A DNA stretch of 39,876 bases from Octopus bimaculoides (GCF_001194135.2 NC_068981.1:180273418-180313293); one strand, 5' to 3'. Numbered from the stretch's first letter, positions 21,354 through 33,535 are shown. Made by a program: numbers and translations. The notes: generated by a model from the sequence alone, not told the origin.

Positions 21354-21950
21354 CATTCATTGCAGAAAGCTTATAAGTGGTTTGTCTCGCCATAGATGTG
21401 ACATCTCGGGTTTCTGCCCTAGATCACTGCGAATAGCTGTGTATCATTAGGAACGTTGATCAGGTCAGGTCAGGTATGGCTTCCGTAATCTTCTGAACAA
21501 TAATTCCATTCCCACGCCTGACCAATTTTCCTCTCCTATTTTTGCACTTGTACAATAGTTGTTTTATTCTGTATGCTGTATAATATGGTGCCACCAACAA
21601 AGAAATGTTCACTTCTGCTGGTACCTCCGCTGTCTTTATTTTAACCACCCTCCGAACGAGGTAAGCTTTGAGATTTGTTGTTGCACTCTGGGTTTTTTTT
21701 CTTCAGTTGGGAATCTCACTTCAGCTGTTCCAAAGTGTTTTCCACGGCTGAAATAAGTTTTTATTCCCCATATTGGTCTGAGGCATTTTTCAATCTGGGC
21801 TTGTAATGCTCAATCCAGTCTCCTAGTTTGGGATGAAGTACACTCGTAGACAAGAGTTTTTACTTTTCTGGTATTTTCTTGTATTTTCTTTGACATATTT
21901 AGAAATATTGTTATCCAATTCTTTGAGAAGTGCGCTTTTGCGTCACTTAA
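21351..21950 (-). mobile_element. Unclassified coding-like relic, probably retrotransposon-derived
   Basis: Broken frames PKLGDWIEHYKPRLKNASDQYGE*KLISAVENTLEQLK and NLKAYLVRRVVKIKTAEVPAEV...YRIKQLLYKCKNRRGKLVRRGNG. Terminates at the (AAT)n tract. No motif recognised. Confidence 0.35.
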
Positions 21951-22350
21951 CGTATCTTTTTTTTTTCCGACATGTCAACTTTCTCCAATCAACAACACGC
22001 TTGTGCGAAACCGTTTCCATTTTGTTTAAAAGTAAGAACGGCCGCTGTTTCCGTGTATTAATGTTTGTGGTAGCGGTGGCGGTGGCGGTGGCGATGGTGG
22101 TGGATTCTCTGTTGCTACTGATGGTGGTGGTAGAGGAGGAGGCAGAGTTCTTGCTAGTGTTGTCGCATTTTGTTGACATTGTTCTCTTTTATTGTTCCGA
22201 TTATGGTGATGGCAGTGTTGAATATTGTAGCAGCGGAAAATAAGCTTCATACTTTTCTCGTGCTGTGTTGTTGTTACTATAGCTATAGTGGTTGTTGTTG
22301 TTGCTTTTGTTGTTGCCTGCTGCTGCTGTCATTGATCTTAAGAATTTCAC

Positions 22351-22422
22351 TGTTCTATTCTGGAGATAGCTGGCTGCTCCTTTCAACAGATGAACGATCC
22401 TGGAGCGCCATTTTTCTTTTTT
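22351..22422 (-). CDS. Candidate coding exon (KKEKWRSRIVHLLKGAASYLQNRT), unidentified gene
   Basis: Acceptor ctctcaacttttgtttag, weak donor ACA/gtgaaa, 72 nt, only one open frame, phase 0-0. Confidence 0.22.
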
Positions 22423-22619
22423 CTAAACAAAAGTTGAGAGCCGCGTTTGCTAACCAAACTCCAATTTAGGACAACAGATGAAGAAAATTTACCAGATCCC
22501 TAACATCCTGGTTAGTTTATCTGGTTAGTTTAATATATAACCTTGTGTCACAACAGAAATAACAAACTTATGGGAGCGATGTGAAATACCTGTCGAAAAA
22601 TGAAACACAATAACAATAT

Positions 22620-23059
22620 CATTTTAAATTTTGTCAGAAAGCCATTAATTCCCGGGCAGGGGCTAAGTCGATTATATCGAGCCGAAGGCTCAACTGGTAT
22701 TTACTTTATCGACCCCGAAAGGATGAAAGACAAAGTCGACCTCGACAGCATTTGATCGGAGAACGTAATCATGGACGAAATGCCGTTACGCATTTTGCGA
22801 GCGGTGCTAACGATTCTGCCAGCTCGCTGCCTTAATAACAATAATGATTTTTTTCTACTATAAACCAGAAATTCGAGGGGAGGGAAGCTAGTCGATTGCA
22901 TCGATCCCAGCATTTGGCTGGTACTTATTTCATCAGCCCCGAAAGGATGAAAGGCAAAGTAGACCTCGGCGGCATTTGATCGATCGGAGAACGTAAAGAT
23001 GGACGAAATGCCGCTACGCATTTTGCCCGCAGTGCTACCGATTCTGCCAGTACATCGCC

Positions 23060-23063
<4 letters not shown>
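22620..23063 (-). mobile_element. Two tandem SINE-A copies (about 22620-22835 and 22855-23063), then (AAT)n
   Basis: Reverse complements match 1888-2120 (ccccgaaaggatgaaagg/acaaagt..., gtgcta.cgattctgccag). Confidence 0.88.
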
Positions 23064-23106
<43 letters not shown>

Positions 23107-23259
23107 TATAATGATGATGATGATGACGATAATAAATGCCCTGATGCAGTACCAGTACCATAACGAGCACTTGACTATGAATAATTCGGTACACTTCCAG
23201 CAGTATTTTCAATAGGTATTCTCCCTTAGTTGGTTTCTCAACCTCTAACTCACACAGAA

Positions 23260-23293
<34 letters not shown>

Positions 23294-23404
23294 ATTTATA
23301 TATTAATAATAATAATATGACAACAAAAGAATGAATGATACCTCGATATTAACTAAAATACAGGAATTTATCTATAAATATATGTGACAATTAGTTGGTT
23401 GTTA

Positions 23405-23467
23405 TAATAAAACTCAGAGTTTCGGATACCGGGGCTTAAGTCTGCTCCGGCATCTCATCAGTTATTA
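23405..23467 (-). ncRNA. Minimal type I hammerhead ribozyme motif (Penelope-type), slightly degenerate
   Basis: Minus strand taataa-CTGATGA-gatgccgg(14 nt)ccggtatc-c-GAAA-ctc-t-gag-T-T-ttatta. Stem I is 6 bp, stem II 8 bp with one extra C, stem III palindromic, cleavage triplet GUU. Confidence 0.72.
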
Positions 23468-23863
23468 AGACAAAACGCTATGACAAAAAGCCGTCGAATA
23501 AAGGAAAATTACTTCAATAGGCATGGTGAAAGTAATACTTTATTCATAGAATCTGCATATGGACACATATACACACACATACATGTACGCACACACACAT
23601 GTACGCACACACACATGTATGTTTATATATCTATATACATACTCACACACGTGCACATATACATATATATGTCTACGCTTACACTCACACGCACACGCAC
23701 ATACATACGTGGATATACAAAACGTAGTTTATACGCACATGCATATACAGCCGCGGAAAATGTATATGTAAATAAAAACACACGCAAAAACTCACGCATC
23801 ATTATGTTCACATACACATCTCTATACGCACATACACAGACATACGCGGATTGTATGACCGAG

Positions 23864-24258
23864 GTCATCATTTATGAAACCACAACCACTAAGGACATAG
23901 TTCCGTCAGAGAAATATGTGGGTCTCACAGAGGGAAATTTTAGAGCCAGGTTCAACAATCACACTTAAGCTTCAGACACTGGGATAAAAGGAAAACAACC
24001 AAATTATCCAGTTATATATGGTCCTTAAAATAAAAAGGTGTTATCTGTAAGATTCACTGGAAGATCTTGGCCAAGTGTAAGCCTTACACCAACCGCAGTG
24101 GAAAGTGCAGTCTTTACGATATGAAAAGATGGCTCATCTGGAAAAGTTCTTTGGACCCCGCTACATGTACAAATTCAAGAACTGATCTTTTTGGGTCATG
24201 TCCACATATGGCAAAACATTTGCTACGTTTTTGGATCCCCACCCAAGATCACAAATAG
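23864..24258 (+). mobile_element. Penelope-like element GIY-YIG endonuclease relic
   Basis: VIIYE...EKYVGLTEGNFRARFNNHT, frameshift near 23966, then SFRHWDKRKTTKLSSYIWSLK*KGVICKIHWKILAKCKPY...GKCSL...NSRTDLFGSCPHMAKHLL. Confidence 0.88.
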
Positions 24259-24504
24259 AACCGATTTTTATATTATGTCCACGTACAAGCCTTTCATATG
24301 TCTCAACATCTCTCATATATTTATATATATTTTATTACTTTATATATTTTTCTGTATAGTATTTTTCATCCTTTATAATTGTGTAACTTATACGCGTGTA
24401 GTATATATCTAATGTATATGTGCGTGCATATATACATGCGTACGAATGCTTGTATATATATATACGAGTGCAAGACTCTACCTGTTGTACTTGTCTCCTT
24501 CCTT

Positions 24505-24544
<40 letters not shown>

Positions 24545-24643
24545 CGTTTATATCTGCATGTGTAGATGTATTTGTGTATAATCATATATAACTCATATGT
24601 ATATTCAAGTTTTGCGACGAATGTGAATGTTTTACGGTTTGTT

Positions 24644-25319
24644 TTTAAAATACACTTCTTTAATTAAATATAACATTTCTATGTTTTAAACATGATACAT
24701 ATAGTGTCATATGTCCTCCCTCTCCCAATGTGAGATATCTCACTTAAATATCTTCCAGCGCCGCGCGCAACTTTTGATTAGTTGGAGAAAACAATGAAAA
24801 CCCTGCCGTGTGTGCGGACTTTAATAGTGATACGTGGATGAAAGTTTATTAACTATCTGGAATTCTTAAAACTATCTGGAATCCATTAAGCATAAAGCTT
24901 CACCTGCTAGAGAAGTCCAGTAGTCGTTCAAAACCTCTTTTCTTTCACAAACTGCATGCTGATATTATTCAAATCAAGCTGATACTATTTACACTTGCCA
25001 GCCGGTTGCCCTACATATATGGATAAGGAACCGTTCCTGATTTTGATCTTCTCTGGATATTAATTTTAAGATCGTTTAAAGTCAATATTGAGGTTTGCAG
25101 TTCAGTTAATATTTAGTATTCTGATTTCTTACTTATACATCAATATTGAGGTATTTATTTTCTGGTTGGAAAAGAGTGCTGGTATTCGTGCCTTCCCTGG
25201 GGCATTAATAATGTAAGAGAAGTTATTAAAATAGGTGTTTACAACGTACTCCCAATAAGACAAGACAACATTATTCTAGCTTAAATAGATTTAAAATACA
25301 CTTCTTTAATTAAATATAA
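24644..25319. repeat. Perfect 30-bp direct repeat (24644-24673 and 25290-25319) flanking 616 bp
   Basis: tttaaaatacacttctttaattaaatataa appears twice, identical. Confidence 0.9.
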
Positions 25320-27182
25320 TCCTCATAAAAAACATTCCAACTCAATGAAAATAAAAATGGTTATTGGTAATTTTAAACAAAATGCCACTTAAGACTTTCA
25401 CGAGTTTAGTTATAAACTCATTAAAATATCGTGTATCAATAACTTTCTCCTGTTCTGTACCCTCCATTTTTTGTCCTTTGTGAAGTAAAGTTTTCTCCCT
25501 CTTAGCTTTTGAGCGATTTCAGTTTTCAAACTTTTAAATTAAAGTATTTCTGAAGCTATAATTGAACAATTATCGATCGCTTTTAATCATTTATTTCATT
25601 CTATATTCCCCCAGTAAAATAGGTCGAGGGAAGTTTTGTGGAAAAATTATATTAAAACGAAATTAAATCAGAACAATTCATAATTTAGCCATTAAAGAAG
25701 ATCTAAAGAAGTTTTACGCTGACTAGTTTGCAGAAGTACTGCTTCTGAAAAAATATATACAATGAATTAATAACCAGAGAAACGGGAGAATTTGGTGAAC
25801 AGAAAGAATTTAAGGGCAAGATTGGTCTTTAAAAGAAGACGCTGATGTTTGTGTGTATGTGTGCGTGTGAAGCTTCCAGGGGAATTTAATAAAATTGATA
25901 AGTTCATGTCAGATGCGGAGAAGATGACTTTTCCTTAAATATATTAAAAATGGAAATGACTACCTGCCATAAGGATATATTTTTCAGAAATACATTTCTT
26001 TTTAAAAAGGAAATAGGAAAAGCAAATAGTGTAAAAAGAAATATTAAGGCAGAAGGGAGTGTAGATAGCTACATGATAAAAAGGATACACACACACACAT
26101 TGCCAGAGCAAAAACAGGTAACGACACAAGGCTTCACAACATAAAAAGGCCATATAAATTAACCAAATTGAAAGCAGAAGAATGGAATAATACAATGATA
26201 TAAACTAAGAGAATACAAATCCCATTTTTCATTGTAGAAAATGGGTTTCTTCTTCAGATTCTTAAGAAGAATAGTGTTACAAGTAATGTCAATGCGATGG
26301 GGTTTCGGTCCCCAGTCACAGCTACGGTATTAAACTCATGAATTTAATACGATTGCAAATAGAAACAATTTCATTTATTATCTGTTGTGATTTTGAATTT
26401 CTAAACAAGAATTTGCAGTAAGTGAGATGTTAACCAAAGCAGTATTTTTCATTATTGGAATTAATTATTCCTCTTCAGCAGACCCTCTTTCACATAAGTA
26501 TAATCCATGACGTTTATGGCCTGTTCGGGATAAATGGATGAAATATTGATACTTTAAATATTTTTGTATCTATTTCGCACGATAAAAGGCGTTGGAATGC
26601 GGAGAATGATAGTGACAAGATAATTGAATAACAACATTTGGTACATTTAATGTCGTCCCATCGGATCCTGAGTTGAAATCTTGTCGGTCACTCGCAAGAT
26701 CAATCAGATCGATTATACTGTTTATCAATTTGAGACAATGTGCCAAACAGAAAAGGCAATTTTTTCAGAAAAGAAGAAAATCAGAAGGTAAAATTAAGGA
26801 TAAAGAACCAGACTAAATAATCTTACAATATTACATTTCATCTACCTACAATCTAAATTTTAATTTTGTAGTCGCTGATTTTACTTTTTATATCTCCTGT
26901 GAACTCCCGCTGCGCTGAAATAAAAGCAGAGTGGCTGAGGAAGTTGATTTGGATCCTTTGAATAAATGTAGATTTTTCACTTTGTGTTTCTGAGTAAGCC
27001 GCTTTACTGTACATTGCTACCGTCCGCCTAGCTTTGGAACATTACACATCAAATTACATTAACTGACATCTATACCAAAGAGAAGTAGGTTTGAGCCATG
27101 AGCTTCAGACTGTACATTTGGTTGTATCTATTTTGTTCTTATGCCACCCCTTCGTTTACAATTTCTTAATATGTATTACAGT

Positions 27183-27396
27183 CGGGGCGGCAAGCTGGCA
27201 GAATTGTTAGCGTGCCTAGTAAAATGCTTAGCGGCATTTCATCCATCTTTACGTTCTGAGTTCAAATTCCACTATAATCGATTTTGCCTTTCATCTTTTC
27301 CAAGTCGGTAAAATAAGTACCAGTTGAATACTAGGTCGATGTGATTGACTTACTCCCTTCACCGAACTTACTGGCCTTTTGCCAAAATGTGAAACC
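27183..27396 (+). mobile_element. SINE family A, full length, with 15-bp TSD (1 mismatch)
   Basis: Family match; aatatgtattacagt at 27168-27182 versus aatatttattacagt at 27397-27411. Confidence 0.9.
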
Positions 27397-28389
27397 AATA
27401 TTTATTACAGTAAAGCTAAATTCGTTTCAGGAATCTATCCGATGTTGTTAGCCACTAAATACAAATTCTATCGGGTCGACTGTGCCTTCCATCCAAGGTA
27501 GATTGAGGATAAATGAAATATGTAAGCAGCAGGAGCACTGTGAATATGACAAGTGTATTATATTTTTTTACTTGCTATTTCTAAACATTAAGTCCTACAA
27601 TCAATGAATGTAGCCTGAAGGCGCACGTTGTTGCAGTAAGAAGTTGATAATCCACCGTTTTTCTATAAATCGGTTTACCAAAAAGAATCAAGCAATTGAC
27701 TCTCTCACATCCATGAAATAAATATTGATTGACGCCAAATTATAAGGAAATCATCCATTTTTTAAATCTAAAGTTTGTTTGGAGTAGAGCTTCATCTGGC
27801 GAACGTCATATAGGTAAATGCAATCATTTAACAAAACAGTACAACATATTTCGATTTGTTTGTTTGCTTTTTTTCAACAAGATTTTATTGGAAATGTCAA
27901 TCATTGTGTTCTTTTGGCTTTCCAGCTGAAATTTTTTCTGAAGGTATATATCCTCAAAACACTAAACTGACAAGTATTTTATATTTTCTTTTTACAATCA
28001 AAATTCATTTTTAACATGATTTGATTAATACTTGCTTTGATAAAATTTAGTATAAATGTTGACTTTTAACATGAATTTTTATATAAATAGCTTTAATAAA
28101 TGAAGTTTAAAAACATGTGTGTGTATATAGGACGTGTTCAAATTTAATAAGAATTTCATTTTTACAAGAATTTATGTAAATGGTAGTTATTATTTGTCAC
28201 TGCATAAATCCGTTTAGAATTTGTGGCATGCCAATTAAGTAACAATTATTTCATGATGTTTTAAATGTCTACAAGTGAAAATCAGAAGTTGTGATGTACA
28301 TGCATTTTTCCGCAGTAACTCCAAATATTGACCTCTTGTAATCTCTTTGATGATGTTATTGCAGTTGTTGTTTTAGAATTTACAGCATA

Positions 28390-28458
28390 TATAAAGATGG
28401 ACGAAATGCCGCTTAGCATTTTGCCCGGCGTGCTAACAATTCTGCCACTTCACCGCTT
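28390..28458 (-). mobile_element. SINE family A head fragment
   Basis: gatggacgaaatgccgcttagcattttgcccggcgtgctaacaattctgccacttcaccgc is the reverse complement of the head. Confidence 0.8.
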
Positions 28459-28510
28459 TAGTGATCCCATAAATATTGTAAATAGAAAACCTCAAATTAA
28501 AGAGTCCATT

Positions 28511-28558
<48 letters not shown>
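28511..28558. repeat. (GATA)n microsatellite; others at about 37837-37888 and 38841-38922
   Basis: Read directly. Confidence 0.95.
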
Positions 28559-29049
28559 TACGTTTATGAATTTGTGTTGCAAGGTACCTGATGTGAAACC
28601 GTGTGCTGAAACAGATATTGTTATATTTCGGGATGGTATTTTTGTTTTGCTTTGTTTTTTTTTGTTGTTGTTTTTTTGCAAATTAAACATGCGCACTATA
28701 AATTCGTTCTTCACTCGTTTATTTCTGTTCTTATAGACTAAAGAATGGATTGAGCGAAAGAGGGGAACACACGTGGACGGAAAGTGTCGCTGAAGAGGTC
28801 ACAGATGTGTGACGAAAGATTTCCGGACAATGGACACAAGAGGAAATAAGAACAGTAATAAACAAGTGAAGAACGAATATATAGCCCGTGTGTTTATTTG
28901 ACAAAAAAAAATTACCGTCCCGAAATATAACAATGTGTTTGTGTGTGTGTTTGTGTAACCCATGCCGTAGATATATAAACAGGACAAATTTTAATACTTA
29001 AATATTCAGATTGAAATAAGAATTGACGAAAATGCTTAACCGATTGAGG

Positions 29050-29390
29050 TAAGGAAAAAATTACCGCTAATTAATACATTTGATACATTGTTAATTAGCA
29101 TAATAGCATAGCCTGGAAAAAAACATGGATTATATGGGAAAATACGAGCAAGAGAAATAATATTCTTAAGATTATAAATCTGGAAAATTACAGGACAAGT
29201 TATTACACTTGAAAACTTTCGGGACAACTTATTACATCTGGTAAAGTACAGAACAAGAAAACTTTTACTTAAAATATTGCAGCTAAGGATGAAATTTGAA
29301 TATAAAAAATTACTTGATTTTAATTTACAAAGTAACATTATAATTAAAAAAGGTACCGTCATTTTGTTAAAATATTGACACACAGGAATA
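29050..29390 (+). mobile_element. Possible old L1/Tx1 ORF2 C-terminal relic
   Basis: Single frame with few stops: LLISIIA*PGKKHGLYGKIRAREIIFLRL*IWKITGQVITLENFRDNLLHLVKYRTRKLLLK... Weak resemblance only. Confidence 0.25.
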
Positions 29391-29679
29391 CTTACACACA
29401 GGAATACAATATAGCTAAAGTTTTATGCAAAGTTGAATAGTATACATATGGTTGGCAAATTCATTATGTAAAAAATAGGCATTGGGTCAAGACTAAAAAT
29501 GTGAAGACATTGCAATAATTTCGGCAATAACTCAAGCAAATATTACAATGGATTTGTTGTTATAGGTAGATTTTTACTGTAATATATGACTAATTTTTGT
29601 ATTATTCTATTTATTGTACTAACTAATTATGTACTACTATTTTTATTTCTATTTTTATTATGTTAACAATTCAGATACT

Positions 29680-29900
29680 GAAGGCGACTAGCTGACCAAA
29701 TCGTTACCGCACCGGTAAAAATGCTAAGCGTCATTTCTTCCGACTTTACATACTGAATTCAACTACCGCCGTTGCGGTCGACTTCGCCTTTCGCCCTTTC
29801 AGGGTCGATAATACAAGTATCAGTTGAGCAATTGTGTCGATGTGATTGATTTAACCCCTTCCCTGAAATTTCTGGACTTGAACCAAATTTTAACATCAAT
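29680..29900 (+). mobile_element. SINE family A, diverged
   Basis: aaggcgactagctgaccaaatcgtta...ggtcgacttcgcctttcgccctttcagggtcgataa. Confidence 0.82.
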
Positions 29901-31319
29901 AATTTAAACGCATCTCTGTTTATTGACTCACTCTAAGATCTAACTTGGTTCTCCTTTTTACACTACAGTGTATAAATGTATCATCCACTTACTTCTATCC
30001 ACAACCTACACTTTTACAATTTTTTTTTTTTTAAATTACACTCGTTAACGTACTTATATATTTTAATACTACCAGATTTCAAAACATATTTTTAACGTTG
30101 CTGATATTATTTTTATCAATTTCAATCTTTGTCAGTAGTAATATATTTGTCAAATATTTCTTCCTCGTGTATTCCAAACTATTTCCTTCAAATACTTATA
30201 CGACGTCATACATTTAGTTTGTCTTTCTGAAACTATTTTTTTCATTTTTCTCGCTATCTACTTCAACATTTCTTTCGTCTCTTTTCGACTCCCCGCCATA
30301 TAATTCTTTTCTTCTCTCTCTCTCTCTCCGTTTCCATATCTCTCTATACATCTTTCAAATAATGTCCGTTTGAACTGAAAATCTTTACTGATGGGCAATT
30401 CCTTATCAACAGAAATTCTTCCTTCTTTCATCAATGTCTTCTCTCTTCTTAGTCTCTCTTTCTATGAAATACGTTTAGTCAGCGGTATATCGTTGCCAAA
30501 ATAACTCTCCAAAATGCATTTCACCTTCATTTATTCAATTAACATAGTCTGAACACGTGATATAGCCATGTGCTAAAACATAATATTTTCATGTCCGTAT
30601 CGACTGGGTAAAACGCATTAAAGTAAGAGGCACTATTATTTTAGTGCTGATGAATATCTTAAACTGCAATTTTGGTGCAGATAAATATCTTCAGCTTTAG
30701 CGTTAGGTGAACTATATGTTTTATAGTTCATACGATAACTTTTTTATGCAAACCCCTACTGCAGATAAAAATCCGTGTTAATTTCTGAGATATTGGAAAG
30801 TAATATATTTCTGTTTTTAAAGTGGGTTAGAATAAATATATAACGTAAAATTTAAGGGGGCGGATACATGAACAAAGAAAGTATATTACAGTGGTGTGAG
30901 TAGACGAAGGTGGGTATTGAAAATAGTTGAAAAATGAGAGAATGACAAAAGATGGAAGAGAAAAGAGGATTGATAAAAGATGAAAAACAAATTAATGTAA
31001 AGCAAGTTAGAATTTCTGTTCGTTTTCATGACTTTAACCTAGTAAAGCTGGTGTTTACCGTTTCTGTAAAAAGTGCTTCGTGTGTCCCAGTTCTGTAACA
31101 AGTCAAAAGTGTCGGCAGTACCTGATCTGTTCTCATCTGTTGTTTAGAATAGAGGTATTAATTATAAAGGCTTTTGAAGATTTTCCTTGTCCTTGCTATG
31201 TTCAAATCACGCTCTTTGCGTCTGTTTTACTTGGGTTTAGATGTAACAACGATTTTCCATTTAGGCACTAGACTGAAGCGTTTCCTTTTACTTGCGACAC
31301 GTAGTTGGCTAATTTAACT

Positions 31320-31322
<3 letters not shown>

Positions 31323-31411
<89 letters not shown>
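31323..31411. repeat. (CT)n microsatellite
   Basis: Read directly; explains the ERER/SLSL ORFs. Confidence 0.97.
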
Positions 31412-31416
<5 letters not shown>

Positions 31417-33116
31417 GTGTGTGTGTGTATGTTTCTAAAAGAAAATGTAGCATTATAATTTTTTTTACATTTCGCCATGTCTATGTTTATATTCACGTGC
31501 CAGTTGTCTGTTAAACGTTTTAGATGTTATACTGCGTATGTTATCGCTTCTACGTTGCAGGGTTTATCTAGTATTCATTTATTTCTGCCGCTGCATCAGC
31601 ATGTAACTTTATTTTGAATGGGTGTGTTAACGTGTGCGTATGGCATGCGTTTCCATATTGCTCTTTTATTATATTTTCAATTTTTATCTGTTAAAAAGTT
31701 ATTTTATGTCTATGATTGGCAGGTTAGTTCTTGTCAATTAACTTTACGAAGTCTAGCTGTTTTATATTTGAAATTGGCAAAAATGTGGTTAGAGGATGTA
31801 GAATACAACTACGTGTCTTCTTAATTTGGGGGTAGATAGCAATGTTAGTTGATAATTTCATTTCTTAATCCACTAACCTGTAAAGCGTCATTGTATAGGC
31901 AGCTGTATTATCGAATATTTGAATACACCTTGCCTGAAAATACCCATTGTAACGTTGCTGATGAGGGTCTAAAAGACTATGGCTGGGTGGTATCAAGCTA
32001 CGTTAATATAAGGGAATTTCTCCACGGGTTTTGAATGTTTTTTGTGAGTTGTTTAATTTTGTGTAACACCATGCAACTCAGCACTAATTAATTTAATAAC
32101 CGTAGATACATTAAAGCTTACTGTTTTAAATGTGTAGAGAAAGTTCGTTGATTTGTCGAAAATGCTAGGATTAGTATCTTTTGTCATAGCTCATCTTTGT
32201 AAAGTCAAAGTTTATCATTCTATTGTTATGAATCCATTGTATATACACCTCTAATATATTCGACTCTTCTAAATTGCATACACTCGCGCTCTCGATCCCA
32301 CATTTACAGATAAGTAAATTGTTCGGTCAGATTTTTTAACTACGCTGAATATATATTGGAATATATGTTTTGTTTTTTCAGCACCGTCATATCATTTCTA
32401 TATCTCTATCATGTAGAGTAATTCTTGTGAAATTCTATGGCATTACATTTAGGCTTTTAGGTATAGGGATAAAATAAAGCAATGTTGAATTGAGTAAATC
32501 TATGTCTAATTATGATTGATACCATTCAACCAATTAATGATATCATTACTATTATTCCAATTACTTTGGATTTGTGAGTTTCAAAATTTCAATGCTAATA
32601 TGATTCAAAATCGTCTTAGTAACTATTACTCTCACGGATTCTGCTGGGCTAATTTATCTGCATTTAGCGTTAGATTCAAAGTCTTTATAACACTTAATCG
32701 TTATAAACACATGAGGTTTAGCTAAAAATACCAGTCTATTGTCTTGTTTTTTGGTTTTGTTGTTTTTAGGTTTATTATATAATCATTTTTGTGTATATAT
32801 ATAAATATTTTTTAGAATGCATCTTCCCTGATCACGGTCCAATGAGTGGGGGGATTTCAATAAATATTTTACCGTTTCTTTAAGAGAACAATAGGTTGTT
32901 TTCACATTGTTTGGTATCTCCATACCTAATACTTTCAATCAGGTAACACAGGAAAATTATCTAGATTATGCATACTTCAGTTTTTGAGAGTTACGTTGTG
33001 TTCTATATAAACATATTATTTGTGTGTATGTGATGTATGTGTACATATGCATATATATATGTGTATGTATGTATATATATATATATATATATATANNNNN
33101 NNNNNNNNNNNNNNNN

Positions 33117-33535
33117 ATATATATACATATATATCTACACATATATATATATATATACATATATATCTACACATATATATATATATACATATATATCTAC
33201 ACATATATATATATATACATATATATCTACACATATATATATATATATACATATATATCTACACATATATATATATATATATACATATATATCTACACAT
33301 ATATATATAAATATATACATACATACCTTCACATATATATATAAATATATACATACATACCTTCACATATATATATAAATATATACNNNNNNNNNNCATA
33401 CCTTCACATATATATATAAATATATACATACATACCTTCACATATATATATAAATATATACATACATACCTTCACATATATATATATAAATATATACATA
33501 CATACCTACACATATATATATATATAAATATATAC
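33117..33535. repeat. Two adjacent TA-derived minisatellites (units of about 28 nt containing catatatatctacac and about 34 nt containing catacataccttcac)
   Basis: About 6-7 copies each, with variable internal (TA)n length. Confidence 0.9.

Noticed and set aside
17892-22422. Resemblance of W.SRI..L.GAA.YLQ...HIHFIK to IRAK/Pelle kinase subdomain VI
   Set aside because: Spacing is wrong and HRD, DFG and other kinase motifs are missing.
22026-22469. Poly-Pro, poly-Thr and poly-Cys ORFs
   Set aside because: Derived from GTGGCG, TGG, TTG and CTG repeats.
23135-23250. Possible third RLE 3' end on the minus strand (LEVYRIIHSQVL, then gcatcagggcatttatt)
   Set aside because: Too short and degenerate to call from the window alone.
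26400-28830. Several isolated AG...GT micro-exon candidates (near 26770, 26900, 27780, 27930, 28590, 28740)
   Set aside because: No consistent frame chain; such sites are expected by chance in AT-rich DNA.
29036-29383. 115-aa minus-strand ORF
   Set aside because: No motif or splice support; more likely the antisense shadow of a degraded plus-strand relic.
31950-32005. ctgatgag-ggtc-taaaa-gact as a second hammerhead
   Set aside because: The GAAA core and stem III are absent; at best a decayed relic.
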